DNA of 63,979 nucleotides, counting the filler, from Sandaracinaceae bacterium (GTDB lineage Bacteria > Myxococcota_A > Polyangia > Polyangiales > JADJQN01), in the NCBI GenBank assembly GCA_947483975.1. It is 8 parts of 8 records of this genome, joined end to end, with 100 filler letters (N's around TTAATTAATTAA, not from the genome) between each part and the next. Parts side by side here need not be neighbours in the genome. Positions count along the whole stretch, not along the records: positions 40,380 to 48,220 come from CANKOL010000255.1; positions 48,321 to 56,105 come from CANKOL010000256.1; 6 more parts are not named here. One strand, given 5' to 3'. The notes under the pieces were generated by a model. That model made no database searches and was not told where the DNA came from. It worked only from the letters and a program-made list of their open reading frames with translations. Shown here piece by piece: positions 40,381-49,926 of this stretch (positions are counted from its first letter, which is position 1; each line of letters starts with the position of its first letter). A program made the translations under genes and the position numbers.

Positions 40381-41214
40381 CCCGCGTACATGGCGCCCGA
40401 GCAGGCGCGCGGGGAGGCGCTCGACGCGCGCTGCGATATGTACGCGCTCGGCGCGTGCTTCTATCACCTCGTCGCCGGCCGGCCGGTCTTCACCGGGACG
40501 ACGCCGCTCGCCGTCATCTCGAAGCACCTCTCGCAGCCGGTCGAGCCGCTCGCGACGGTCGCGCCCGAGGTGCCGAAGCGCCTCGCGGCGATCCTCGAGC
40601 GCCTGCTCGCGAAGGACCGCGAGAGGCGCTTCGCCGACTACGATCAGCTGATCGAGGCGCTCGAGGCGGCGGCCCCGCGCTCGGTCGAGTACGCAGGCTT
40701 CTGGGTGCGCGGCGCGGCGGTGTCGCTCGACTTCATGCTCGCGGCGGGCGTGATCGCGCTGCTCGGCTGGCCCGGGATGTTGCTGCACCTCGCGCACGTG
40801 ACGATCGGCCACGCGTACTTCGGGCAGACCTTGGCCAAGTATTTCCTGCACCTGCGCGTGGTGCGCCTCGACGGTCGCAGGCTCGGGCTCCTGCGCTCGA
40901 CCGCGCGCACGGTCGTCGCGCTCTGGCTCTGCATGGCGCTCGCGGCGTGGGCGCTCTTCTATCGCGGCTATGGCTCGGTGCTGTCGAGCGTCGAGCTCGC
41001 GCGGCCCGACCGGATCGCGCAGGCGCAGAGCTTCGTGATGGCCGTCGCCGTCTCGAACGGGATGCTCACCTTGCTCTTCTGCGCGGGGCTGATCCTCGCG
41101 GCGTTCCACAAGCAGAAGCGCGCGCTGCACGACCTCGTCGTCGGCTCGATGGTGACCTACACCGTCGGCCACGCGCGGCGCGGGTCGGGCTCGCCTTGGT
41201 GGAAGCGGCGCTGA
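40381..41214 (+). CDS. Ser/Thr protein kinase C-terminus fused to an RDD membrane domain (5' truncated)
   Basis: [39 protein letters not shown]. Confidence 0.9.
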   Translation, partial: PAYMAPEQARGEALDARCDMYALGACFYHLVAGRPVFTGTTPLAVISKHLSQPVEPLATVAPEVPKRLAAILERLLAKDRERRFADYDQLIEALEAAAPRSVEYAGFWVRGAAVSLDFMLAAGVIALLGWPGMLLHLAHVTIGHAYFGQTLAKYFLHLRVVRLDGRRLGLLRSTARTVVALWLCMALAAWALFYRGYGSVLSSVELARPDRIAQAQSFVMAVAVSNGMLTLLFCAGLILAAFHKQKRALHDLVVGSMVTYTVGHARRGSGSPWWKRR

Positions 41215-41236
41215 GCGCTCGGCGCTCTTCGAGCGC

Positions 41237-42328
41237 TCAGCCGAGCGGCGCCGCGAAGCGAAACACGCGCGAGAGCGCCTCGTCGATCAGTGACAGCGCG
41301 CGCTGCGATCGTGCTCCTCTCTCGCCGCGTAGCCAGGCCCAGTGAGGCGTTCGCTCGTTGAGGCGCGCGACGAAGCGCTCGGTCATCCACTGACGGATGT
41401 GCTCGCCGTCTCGCACGCCATCGTCGACGAAGGGCACGTCGTCGGGGTGCGTCAGCAGGTAGAGGTGCGCCGGCGCGAGCGTGCCGAGGCGCTCGACCTC
41501 GGCGCTCCGCGCGCCGACGTAGCGCTCGTGCCAGATGCCCGTCGCGAACCCATCAGTGTCGCAGACGAGCACGGGCCCGCCCTGTCGCGCGGCGTCGTCC
41601 TCCATCGCGGCTTGGCGGCGCGCGACGTTCACGAAGTCGGGCGTCTCCCACACGAGCGCGCTCATGTCCGCGCCCTCGCCGAGCGCCGCGAGCTTCTCCA
41701 GCGTCACGTCGCGCCCCGCCTCGGGCACCCAGCGCGTCTCCGCATACGCGGCGCCGTGCGTCGCCGCCCGCGCGCGCAAGGCGGCGGCGAGGTCCTCTGC
41801 CAGCGTCGTCTTGCCCGTCGACTCCGCCCCGACGAGCACGACGCGGAGGCCGAGGTGCGCCCGCACGCAGGGCGCGAGGCGAGCCCAGTGCGCGATGGGA
41901 TCGGCGCGCACCGCGGTGCCCGAGACGGCGTGCGCGCTCCGCTCGAGATCGACCAGCGCGTGCCGCGCGCCGAGGCGCCGACCAAGCTCCTCGCCGTACG
42001 GCTCCGAGGTGAAGACGACGTCGACGGGCGCGCTCGTCACGCCGCCCGCGGCCTCGAGCATCAGCGCGACGTGCGCGCGCCAGATGGCGTCGTCCTCGTA
42101 GTCCACGGGATGGTCGTCGACGATGCCCGTCACCGTGATGCGCGCGTCGTCCGCGTGCACCTCGCGCAGCCACGCGACGCGGTCCGCGAGCGAGAGGCTC
42201 TCGACCGCCGACGACATCACGACGACGGTCAGGCGGGCGCTCTGCGACGCCGCGACCCGCACGAGGTGATGGTGCCCCGCGTGCGGCGGATAAAATTTGC
42301 CGATGACGAGGCCATGGGTCGCGGTCAT
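41237..42328 (-). CDS. nadR: NadR-like NMN adenylyltransferase / ribosylnicotinamide kinase (no HTH)
   Basis: GKFYPPHAGH, SGT..R, GAESTGKTT, CDTD, DGVRDG. Confidence 0.88.
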   Translation of the reverse strand: MTATHGLVIGKFYPPHAGHHHLVRVAASQSARLTVVVMSSAVESLSLADRVAWLREVHADDARITVTGIVDDHPVDYEDDAIWRAHVALMLEAAGGVTSAPVDVVFTSEPYGEELGRRLGARHALVDLERSAHAVSGTAVRADPIAHWARLAPCVRAHLGLRVVLVGAESTGKTTLAEDLAAALRARAATHGAAYAETRWVPEAGRDVTLEKLAALGEGADMSALVWETPDFVNVARRQAAMEDDAARQGGPVLVCDTDGFATGIWHERYVGARSAEVERLGTLAPAHLYLLTHPDDVPFVDDGVRDGEHIRQWMTERFVARLNERTPHWAWLRGERGARSQRALSLIDEALSRVFRFAAPLG

Positions 42329-42957
42329 GTCGCCACCTCTGCCGCCGCAAGCTCCCGTCGCCACTCGCGCAGCCCGACGACGCAGAGCACGCCGAAGCCC
42401 GCGTACACGATGGCCGTCGGGTAGAGCCCGCGGCTGACGTAGAGCGGCACGCTGAGCACGTCCACCGCGATCCAGATCCACCACGACTCGAGCAGCTTCT
42501 GCGTCTGCCCCCAGGTCGCGGCGAGGCTCAGCGTGAACACGCTCGCGTCCGCGAGCGGTACGGGCGAGTCGGTCGCGCGCGCGAGCCAAGCGGCGACGAG
42601 CCCGGTCGACACGACGACGACGGCGCCCTGTGCCCACCACTCGCGCGGCCGCGTGCGCCGCACGACGAGCGCGCTCCCGTCACGCGGAGGCACGACCCAG
42701 CGCCACCAGCCGTAGACGGCGAGCGCGAAGAAGACGACCTGCAGCGTGCTGTCCGCGTAGAGCTTCGCGCGCACGAAGAGCAGCGCCCAGAAGACGTTGT
42801 TGAGCAGCCCGAGCGGCCACGTCCAGACGTTCTGTCGCGCGATGAGCCACACGCAGGCGATGCCCGCGAGATCCCCGAGCACCTCGGCCCAGCTGCACGG
42901 CGCGCCGCCGAGTACGAAGGCGGGCGCGTCGAGCCAGAGGAGCAGTTGGGCGAGCAT
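42325..42957 (-). CDS. pnuC: Nicotinamide riboside transporter
   Basis: WTWPLGL, LYAD..LQ, YGWWRW, ESWWIWIAVD; ATGA overlap with nadR. Confidence 0.92.
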   Translation of the reverse strand: MLAQLLLWLDAPAFVLGGAPCSWAEVLGDLAGIACVWLIARQNVWTWPLGLLNNVFWALLFVRAKLYADSTLQVVFFALAVYGWWRWVVPPRDGSALVVRRTRPREWWAQGAVVVVSTGLVAAWLARATDSPVPLADASVFTLSLAATWGQTQKLLESWWIWIAVDVLSVPLYVSRGLYPTAIVYAGFGVLCVVGLREWRRELAAAEVAT

Positions 42958-43016
42958 CGGCGCGAGCGTAGCGCACCGTCCTGTCCGGCCGCGCGACGCA
43001 CGGGCTCACGCTCGCA

Positions 43017-43191
43017 GCATCCTCACCCCCACACTGGCCACTCCGCGCGCGTTTGCCCCTCTCCCTCCACGGGAGACGGGCACAGTTTGGCAGGAGCACG
43101 GGACGTGTTAACGAACGGAATTCATGGCCCCTCTCTCGTGTGGAGAGAGGGGCGATTGCGCGCAGCTCGCGCGGCGTGGGGGTGAGGATGC
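43017..43191. mobile_element. REPIN/MITE-like inverted doublet, 175 bp
   Basis: Perfect 16-bp terminal IR GCATCCTCACCCCCAC; each arm carries a CCCCTCTC...GAGA hairpin (43054-43082, 43127-43153). Confidence 0.7.
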
Positions 43192-43269
43192 CTCTCCCGC
43201 CGCCGCCTCGGGCGCCCCCGCACCACGCGGCGGTTGTGCGCGCCGTCCCGCTTCTGATACACGCACGCC

Positions 43270-44040
43270 GTGCCCTGGCGCTGGATGACTCTCCGTGACT
43301 CGAAGGTGCTCGCTCGCTGCGAGGTGGATGGGCGCCTGCGCGCCGTCGGCGGACGCGTCGAGGTCCGCTACAAGCAGGGCGCGACGAAGGCGTACCAGGC
43401 CGGCGAGCGGAACCTGAGCGCGCTCGCGGGCTCGAGTGAGCTGCTCGCGGACGACGCCTGCCCCGACGATCCGACGCTCGTGCTCGGCGCGCCTCCGCCG
43501 AGCTCCGCCAAGTCGGGCGCAGGCGCGGCGCGCGGCGGTAGCTCGCAGGCGCGCAAGGACGCGGCGGCCCAAGCGCACGCCTCGACGCACGGCCCGGCGG
43601 CGTTCGCGCGCGGCGGCATCGTCGCGTACGCGGACGGCGCGTGCAGCGGCAACCCCGGCCCGTGCGGGCTCGGCGTCGTCGTCATCGACGGCGAGACGCG
43701 GCGCGAGCTCTCCGAGTATCTCGGCACCGGCACCAACAACATCGCGGAGCTCACGGCGATCCTGCGCGTGCTCGAGCTCGTCTCCCCGGGCGAGGCGCGC
43801 GTCGTGACGGTCTTCACCGACTCGAGCTACGCCATCGGCGTGCTGCAGAAGGGCTGGAAGGCGAAGGCCAACCAAGAGCTGATCGCCGAGGTGAAGAAGG
43901 CGCTCAAGCGCGTCGCCGCGGTCGAGCTGCGCTACGTGCCCGGGCACTCCGGCGTCGAGCTGAACGAGCGCGCGGACGTGCTCGCGACCGACTCCGTCAA
44001 GCGCCGCGCGACGCGCGCGTGGACGACCGAGTCGCTGTAG
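43270..44040 (+). CDS. rnhA: Ribonuclease HI with N-terminal extension
   Basis: YADGACSGNPGP, TNNIAEL, TDSSY, VPGHSG, NERADVLA. Confidence 0.92.
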   Translation: MPWRWMTLRDSKVLARCEVDGRLRAVGGRVEVRYKQGATKAYQAGERNLSALAGSSELLADDACPDDPTLVLGAPPPSSAKSGAGAARGGSSQARKDAAAQAHASTHGPAAFARGGIVAYADGACSGNPGPCGLGVVVIDGETRRELSEYLGTGTNNIAELTAILRVLELVSPGEARVVTVFTDSSYAIGVLQKGWKAKANQELIAEVKKALKRVAAVELRYVPGHSGVELNERADVLATDSVKRRATRAWTTESL

Positions 44041-44125
44041 GTTCGCGCTCGGCGGCTGCCCGTACACGCAGCGTCGCGAGCCACGAATCCCTGCGCTCAG
44101 CCGCGCATGCGGCAAGTGCCCGCGC

Positions 44126-45088
44126 TCAGCCGCGCGCGCGGAACTCGCTCGCCGCTTCCGCAAGCGTGACGAAGCGATAGCCCGCCGTGCGCAGCCCCAC
44201 GATGGCCGCCCGGAGCGCGGCCTCCTTCTCGCGCGCCGTGCGCCGCAGATCGACCTGATGCGGGCGCAGCCAGTCGAGCCCGTCCTCCGCGCAGTCCGCG
44301 AGGTCGATCCCGTGCAGCTCGAGGTTGACGAGCGGCCGCCCGACGATGGCCATCGTCAGCGCGCGCGCGACCCGCTCCCCGCCGAGCACGACGTCCGTGC
44401 CGATGTACGGCAGCCGCCCCGTCACGCCGCGCGTCACGCCGATCGGTAGCTCGAGCACGCCGGGGCCCGCGCCGCCCTTGGCGCGCTGCCAATAGGGGCG
44501 CCCCGGCAGATACGGATTCGCCGGGGCCCGCAGCACGCGCGCGTCGTCGATGATGCTGCGGCTCTTGCGACCGCGGAGCGCGATGCCGCCGAGCGCGGCA
44601 GCCTTCGCCGCGTAGTACGCGGGGCAGGGGAACACGCTCGAGTCGTAGGCGACGCCTAGCTCCGCGAGCGCGTCGAAGACCTCGTCGGTGATCGTGTAGC
44701 CCGGCGCGCGGAACCCGACCGGCGCCTTGCCCGTCGCCCGCTCGATGGCCTCGATGCCGCCCGCGATCTCGTCGCGGATCGTCGCGGCGTCGCGCCGGGT
44801 CAGGTCGTAGAGGTGCGAGCGCGAGTGATTGCCGATCTCGTGCCCCTGCGCGCGCAGCGCCGTCAGCCGCTCGCCGTTGACCGATCGGTCGAGGTCCGTG
44901 CCGACCGCGAAGAAGGTCGCGGGCACCCGCTCATCCGCGAAGAGCGCGCCGAAGCGGGCGAGGGCGCGGTCGTACACCGCCTGCGCCGACTCGTCCCATG
45001 GCAGCTCGAGCCCGTGAATCGCCGCGTAGCAGCCGACCTCGTCGAGGTCGACGCTCAGCGCGGCGAGCCGCTCTGGCGCGCGCGGCAC
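44126..45088 (-). CDS. Polysaccharide deacetylase family protein
   Basis: SVDLD, ATFF, HEIGNHSRSH, GFRAPGY, YDSS. Confidence 0.9.
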   Translation of the reverse strand: MPRAPERLAALSVDLDEVGCYAAIHGLELPWDESAQAVYDRALARFGALFADERVPATFFAVGTDLDRSVNGERLTALRAQGHEIGNHSRSHLYDLTRRDAATIRDEIAGGIEAIERATGKAPVGFRAPGYTITDEVFDALAELGVAYDSSVFPCPAYYAAKAAALGGIALRGRKSRSIIDDARVLRAPANPYLPGRPYWQRAKGGAGPGVLELPIGVTRGVTGRLPYIGTDVVLGGERVARALTMAIVGRPLVNLELHGIDLADCAEDGLDWLRPHQVDLRRTAREKEAALRAAIVGLRTAGYRFVTLAEAASEFRARG

Positions 45089-45093
45089 GCGCG

Positions 45094-45828
45094 TCAGCCC
45101 TTGATGCGGATGGCGACGAAGAGCTTCGCCATGTGCCGGAGCACGTTCGGTACGCGCTTGAACAGGTGGATCGACGGCGGGCGCTTCTCGAGCACGCGCA
45201 CGGGGATCTCCTGCATCCGCAGCCCGGTGCGCTCCGCCCGGATGACGAGCTCGCTCGCGAAGAGGTCCTTGTCGACGAGGCACTGCCGCACGACCTCGAC
45301 CGTCGGCAGGCGGCGGAACGCCTTGAGCCCGTGCGTGTCCGTGCCCTTGAAGCCGAGGGCGACGCGCAGCATCCCGTTCATCACGAGGGTGCCCGCGCGG
45401 CGGAGCGCCGGGCGCTCGTCGCTCGCGCCGGAGAGCGCCTTCGAGCCGACGACGAAGTCCGCCCCGTTCGTCTCGAGCACCGCCATCGCGCGCCGATAGA
45501 AGTCGGTGTCGCAGAGGTCAATCTCGTCGCAGAGCACGAACTCGCCGCGCGCGTCCATGATCCCCTTGCGCAGCGCCTTGCCGTAGTTCGGCTCGCCGAG
45601 CGAGAAGAACTTCACCTGCGGGAAGCGCTCCGAGAGCTCGCGGGCGATCTCGACGGTGCGGTCCTTCGAGCCGTTCTCCGCGAGGATCAGCTCGTAGGGC
45701 CAGTCGAACTCCTCCAGCCGGTCGATCAGATCGACGACGGCGGAGTGGAGGATCGCCTCCTCGTTGTAGATCGGGATGATGATCGAGACGCGAGGGGCCA
45801 CGCTCGTCTTGTCGTCCTTCGGCGCCAT
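45094..45828 (-). CDS. Family 2 glycosyltransferase
   Basis: [26 protein letters not shown]. Confidence 0.92.
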   Translation of the reverse strand: MAPKDDKTSVAPRVSIIIPIYNEEAILHSAVVDLIDRLEEFDWPYELILAENGSKDRTVEIARELSERFPQVKFFSLGEPNYGKALRKGIMDARGEFVLCDEIDLCDTDFYRRAMAVLETNGADFVVGSKALSGASDERPALRRAGTLVMNGMLRVALGFKGTDTHGLKAFRRLPTVEVVRQCLVDKDLFASELVIRAERTGLRMQEIPVRVLEKRPPSIHLFKRVPNVLRHMAKLFVAIRIKG

Positions 45829-45903
45829 TCTGGGCTCTTTTCCCGTCTAAAAGCGCGCGTCGTGCGCGACTGGCGCGCTAGGTTCGCAGAGAACCGGGGG
45901 CCG

Positions 45904-47214
45904 TCAAGCGCCAAGCAAAGCGGCGAGCGCCCGCGCCTCGACGATGTTGTCCTCGATGCTGCAGTAGGTCCACCCGCCGTAGCGCCCGATCGAGTGCACG
46001 TCACGCGCGCCGAGCACGCCCGTGAGGCGGCGGTGCTCGGCGATGGAGCGCTGCGTGATGTGCACGTACGCCGGGTCCATCACGACCGTGTGCTCGGCGA
46101 CGAGCTGGTGCCCGTCGATCACGCCCTCGCGCGCGAGGTCCCGCAGCACGCGGGCGCGCTCGGCGGCGACGTCGACGACGGCGTCCGTCGGGAAGCCCAG
46201 CTCGACGTAGAGGCTCAGCCGGTCCGTGTCGAAGATGTTGTCGTAGAAGCCGACGCGATAGAACGAGGTCTCGCGCGACGGGAAGTAGAGCCAGTGCACG
46301 TCGCGCTGCCCCTTCCGATCGAAGCCGAAATTGAAGACGAGCACCTTGTTCGAGGTGAACACGCCCGGCTCGTGCGTGAGCCCGCAGAGCGTCGCGAAGC
46401 GGTCGAAGGGCACGCTCGAGACGAGCCGCTCGAAGCGGACCTCGCGCTGGCTCGTGCGCGCAAGCTTCTGCTCGAGGTCCACGCTGACGAGCGCCTCCGA
46501 GAGCGCGATTCGGTCCGGGCGCACCGCGCTCGCGATGGCCTTGACGTACTCGATCGCGCCGCCCTCCGGATAGGTGAACGTCGCGTTGTACGAGGCGTTG
46601 TCCGGCGCCCTCATGTTGCGGACGATGTCGGTCAGGTCCGCGTGCGGGAAGAAGCGCCCCATCGCGTCCTGGTCGAGCCGCGAGAGCTTGGTCGCGTAGA
46701 GCTTCTCGTTGTACGGCACGAGGAATTTCTCGGCGATGGACTTGCCGAAGCGCGCGTAGAGCATCGCCTCGAACGACTCCTCGAGCGGCTGCGCGAGCGG
46801 CTGCTCGACGCCGGGCGTCGCCGCGCCCTCGCCGCGCGCCTCACGCGTCGCGCGCGCGAAGTAGAGGTCGTGCAGGCAGTCGATGAACTCCTCTTGCGGG
46901 AGCTGATGGATGTTCTTCTGGAACGGGAAGTCGATCTGCCGCCCGGCGTACGCGATGAACGAGCGCTTGTTCACCGTGCGCAGGCGCTGCCCCGGCATCC
47001 GCTCGCGCAGCCAAGCCTCGATCTCCGGGCGCTTGAAGTGGAAGAAGTGCCCCGAGTAGTCCCAGACGAAGCCGTCCCGGCGCACCGTCTTGCAGTAGCC
47101 GCCGATCTCCGCGTCGGCGTCGAGCACGAGGTAGTCGGCGTCCGTCCCGAGCGCGGCCGCCGTGGCGAGCCCGCTGACCCCCGCGCCGACGATGAGCGTG
47201 CGAACGTGCTGCAT
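45904..47214 (-). CDS. FAD-dependent oxidoreductase (HemY/UDP-galactopyranose-mutase-like)
   Basis: [32 protein letters not shown]. Confidence 0.85.
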   Translation of the reverse strand: MQHVRTLIVGAGVSGLATAAALGTDADYLVLDADAEIGGYCKTVRRDGFVWDYSGHFFHFKRPEIEAWLRERMPGQRLRTVNKRSFIAYAGRQIDFPFQKNIHQLPQEEFIDCLHDLYFARATREARGEGAATPGVEQPLAQPLEESFEAMLYARFGKSIAEKFLVPYNEKLYATKLSRLDQDAMGRFFPHADLTDIVRNMRAPDNASYNATFTYPEGGAIEYVKAIASAVRPDRIALSEALVSVDLEQKLARTSQREVRFERLVSSVPFDRFATLCGLTHEPGVFTSNKVLVFNFGFDRKGQRDVHWLYFPSRETSFYRVGFYDNIFDTDRLSLYVELGFPTDAVVDVAAERARVLRDLAREGVIDGHQLVAEHTVVMDPAYVHITQRSIAEHRRLTGVLGARDVHSIGRYGGWTYCSIEDNIVEARALAALLGA

Positions 47215-47331
47215 GGGGGCGAAGGTAGCAGCGAATCGGGCGGTGTCGTCGCTGCGCGCGTCGGCTCCGTCAGTCGCCGCGTGGGGTGCGCGTCTGAGCA
47301 GTCAACCACCACTCACGCCCCGAGGTCCTTC

Positions 47332-47673
47332 ATGTGGCTGTTCACCAACATCGGCTTCTTCAGCGTCGTCCGGAAGCCCCGCGAGACGCGCCTGACCGTC
47401 CGCGCCCGCGTCGCGAGCGACCTCGACGCGCTCCGCGCGCAGTACCTCCCGGAGCTTGGCCCGACGGTCGAGGGGGCGGGCACGGACTACCGCTTCCGCG
47501 CGCGCGTCGACGCCGCCGACCTCGCGCGGGCGACCGCCGCGATGATCGAGGGCATCACCTACTCGAACTTCAAGAGCGAGGTGCGCCGCGCGCAGGGCCC
47601 TGAGCGCGAGGCGACCTACCACCGCGTCTGGGACGAGATGCTCGGTGTCGGCCGCGGCGGGAAGGGCCTCTGA
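47332..47673 (+). CDS. Uncharacterised 113-aa protein (MWLFTNIGFFSVV...)
   Basis: ATG 47332; VRAR, TDYRFRA, YSNFK, YHRVW; TGATG overlap with the NUDIX gene. Confidence 0.8.
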   Translation: MWLFTNIGFFSVVRKPRETRLTVRARVASDLDALRAQYLPELGPTVEGAGTDYRFRARVDAADLARATAAMIEGITYSNFKSEVRRAQGPEREATYHRVWDEMLGVGRGGKGL

Positions 47674-48104
47674 TGAGCGCCGACCAGAGCCCCACGTCGT
47701 TCGGCGGCGTCGTGATCGACGACGACGGCCGCGTGCTGCTGCGCGAGCCGAGCAAGCACTTCGACGGCTACGTCTGGACGTTCCCGAAGGGTCGCCGCGA
47801 CGAGGGCGAGACCGACGAGGCCGCGGCGCTCCGCGAGGTGCGCGAGGAGACCGGCGTCGACGCCGCGCTCGTCGCGGCGCTCCCCGGCGCGTTCCGCGGC
47901 GGCACCGGCGCGACGCGCTACTGGCTGATGCGCGCCGTGACGACGGGCGGCCCGCTCGACTGGGAGACCGCGAGCGTCCGCTGGGCGACCGAGCCTGACG
48001 CGCGCGCGCTCCTCGCACAGACGACGAACGCGCTCGGTCGAGCGCGCGATCTGCAGGTGTTGGACGCGGCCCTGAAGGTGTGGCGCGCGTCCATGAGTCC
48101 CTAA
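47673..48104 (+). CDS. NUDIX hydrolase
   Basis: PKG..DEGE....AALREVREETG Nudix box. Confidence 0.93.
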   Translation: MSADQSPTSFGGVVIDDDGRVLLREPSKHFDGYVWTFPKGRRDEGETDEAAALREVREETGVDAALVAALPGAFRGGTGATRYWLMRAVTTGGPLDWETASVRWATEPDARALLAQTTNALGRARDLQVLDAALKVWRASMSP

Positions 48105-48320
48105 CCCCCGTTTCCCTCCCACTTCTCGCGAACGTCACGCCCGCCGTTCCCCCGCGCCGTCTCCCCAGAACCGCGCCGTCTCCCCAGACCGCGCCGCCCG
48201 ACCACCGCGCCCGCCCCCTCNNNNNNNNNNNNNNNNNNNNNNNNNNNNNNNNNNNNNNNNNNNNTTAATTAATTAANNNNNNNNNNNNNNNNNNNNNNNN
48301 NNNNNNNNNNNNNNNNNNNN

Positions 48321-48386
48321 CAGCCGGACGCGCCCGCGTCGGGTGAGCGGCCGTCCGTGCCTGGGAACGCTGGGGGAGAGCGATGA
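48321..48386 (+). CDS. Last codons of an upstream gene (possibly an ECF sigma factor)
   Basis: Open frame ending in an ATGA overlap with the anti-sigma gene; identity inferred from context only. Confidence 0.35.
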   Translation, partial: QPDAPASGERPSVPGNAGGER

Positions 48387-49876
48387 GCACGCACGCAGCC
48401 AAGACCGCCGCGTTGATGGCCTACGATCTCGATCTTCTGTCGCCCGACGGGCGCGCGCGGCTCGAACGACACCTCGAGCGCTGCGCCGTGTGCGCGGGCG
48501 AGCTTCGCAGCATCCGCGCTTACGAAGCGCTCGCGAGCGAGGCGCGCGCGAAGGAGTGGCGTGAGCCCGACTGGGACCGCATGGACCTCGCGCTGCGCCG
48601 CGAGGCGAAGGACGTCGCCCGCGCGACGAAGCGCGACCGGACGAGCGGGCGCACAGCAATTTATGGAGCGCTCGCCGCTGCGGCGGCGGTCATCCTCGTG
48701 GTGGGGGGCGGGATGCTCGTGCCGGACACGGCGGCGCATCGGCCGGAACCTCGCGCGGCGGTGGCTCTCGCGCTCGTCGATGGGGCGGCGCGCGAGGGCA
48801 CGGTCACGGCGCTCGCGGGGCAGGCGACGGTCGATGGGCGAGCGCTGGCGCTCGGGGACGTCATCGCCGAGAGCGCACGCCTCGTCACGGCGGCGGGCAG
48901 CGCGACACATGTGCGCCTCGCGGACGGGACGGGCTTCGTGCTCGCGGCGGAGACGACGGCGCGGCTCGACCGCAGCCGAGAGCGCACGACGGTGCTGACG
49001 CTCGAGTCGGGCAGCGTCACGAGCCGCGTGGCGCACCTCGAGCAGGGCGCGCGCTACGAGGTCGAGGCCGCGCCGTACGTCATTCACGTGCGCGGGACGC
49101 ACTTCACGGTCGCGCGCAGCCCCGACGCGGGCGTGTCGGTGAGCGTGCGAGAGGGCGTCGTCGAGGTCACGCAGGGTGAGACGGTCGTCGCGCGCGTCGT
49201 CGCGCCGAGTCGCTGGGCGGCGCCTGCTGGCCCGGCTACGCCTGCTGGCCCGGCTGCGCCTGCTGGCCCGGCTACGCCTGAGGCCACCGGTGCGCCGGAG
49301 CCAGGGACGCTCGTCGAGCCGATCGCGCTCGCGCCGAACGCCGTCGGCTGGCCGATCGTGCGCATCCCGACGGCCGCGGGCGTGACCCGCATCGACTTCG
49401 ACGGGGTGTCGCTGCCGCTGGCCGGGGCCATCGCGATGCGCGCGTCGGTGGGACCGCACGAGGGGCTCGCCTATGGGCTCAGCGGGACGCCGGTGCGCTT
49501 CGCGATGGTGGTCGGGCCCGAGGGGATGTCGCTCGACCCGACGCTGATGCTCGCGCCCCCGGCGAGCGCCGAACCGCGCCGCGGGACGCTCGATCCCGCC
49601 GTCGTCCGCGGCGTCGTCACGCGCGGCATGGACGGCGTGCAGCGCTGCTACCGCACCGCGCTGATGCGCCGCCCCGACCTCGCCGGTCGGATGGCGCTGC
49701 GTATCACCGTCGATCCGAGCGGCCACGTCTCGCGCGCGACGCTCGCGAGCACGGCGACGCCGTACGAGTGGCTCTCGACCTGCGTGGAGAACCAGGCGAG
49801 CGCGTGGGCCTTCCCCGCCCCCACTGGCGGCGGCGCGGTCTCGCTCAGCCTGCCGCTCGACTTCGCGTCGGAGTAG
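48383..49876 (+). CDS. Anti-sigma-like protein: zf-HC2, TM, FecR, AgmX/PglI (TonB-C-like) C-terminal domain
   Basis: HLERCAVC; VRGTHFTV, VSVREGVVEV; VQRCY...PDLAG...CV...W.FPAP.GG. Confidence 0.85.
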   Translation: MSTHAAKTAALMAYDLDLLSPDGRARLERHLERCAVCAGELRSIRAYEALASEARAKEWREPDWDRMDLALRREAKDVARATKRDRTSGRTAIYGALAAAAAVILVVGGGMLVPDTAAHRPEPRAAVALALVDGAAREGTVTALAGQATVDGRALALGDVIAESARLVTAAGSATHVRLADGTGFVLAAETTARLDRSRERTTVLTLESGSVTSRVAHLEQGARYEVEAAPYVIHVRGTHFTVARSPDAGVSVSVREGVVEVTQGETVVARVVAPSRWAAPAGPATPAGPAAPAGPATPEATGAPEPGTLVEPIALAPNAVGWPIVRIPTAAGVTRIDFDGVSLPLAGAIAMRASVGPHEGLAYGLSGTPVRFAMVVGPEGMSLDPTLMLAPPASAEPRRGTLDPAVVRGVVTRGMDGVQRCYRTALMRRPDLAGRMALRITVDPSGHVSRATLASTATPYEWLSTCVENQASAWAFPAPTGGGAVSLSLPLDFASE

Positions 49877-49926
49877 ACCCCGCCACTTTCTGGCGGCGTC
49901 GGCGGCGCGTTGCCTATGCTTCGCCC

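Noticed and set aside
44998..47673. 891-aa ORF
   Set aside because: Antisense shadow of the GT2 and oxidoreductase genes; only 47332-47673 looks coding.
48150..48220. Short C-rich repeats at a contig end
   Set aside because: Two to three degenerate copies at an assembly break; too little to interpret.
49222..49280. 18-bp tandem repeats (also short repeats at 16236-16273 and 24152-24184)
   Set aside because: In-frame low-complexity linker expansions.
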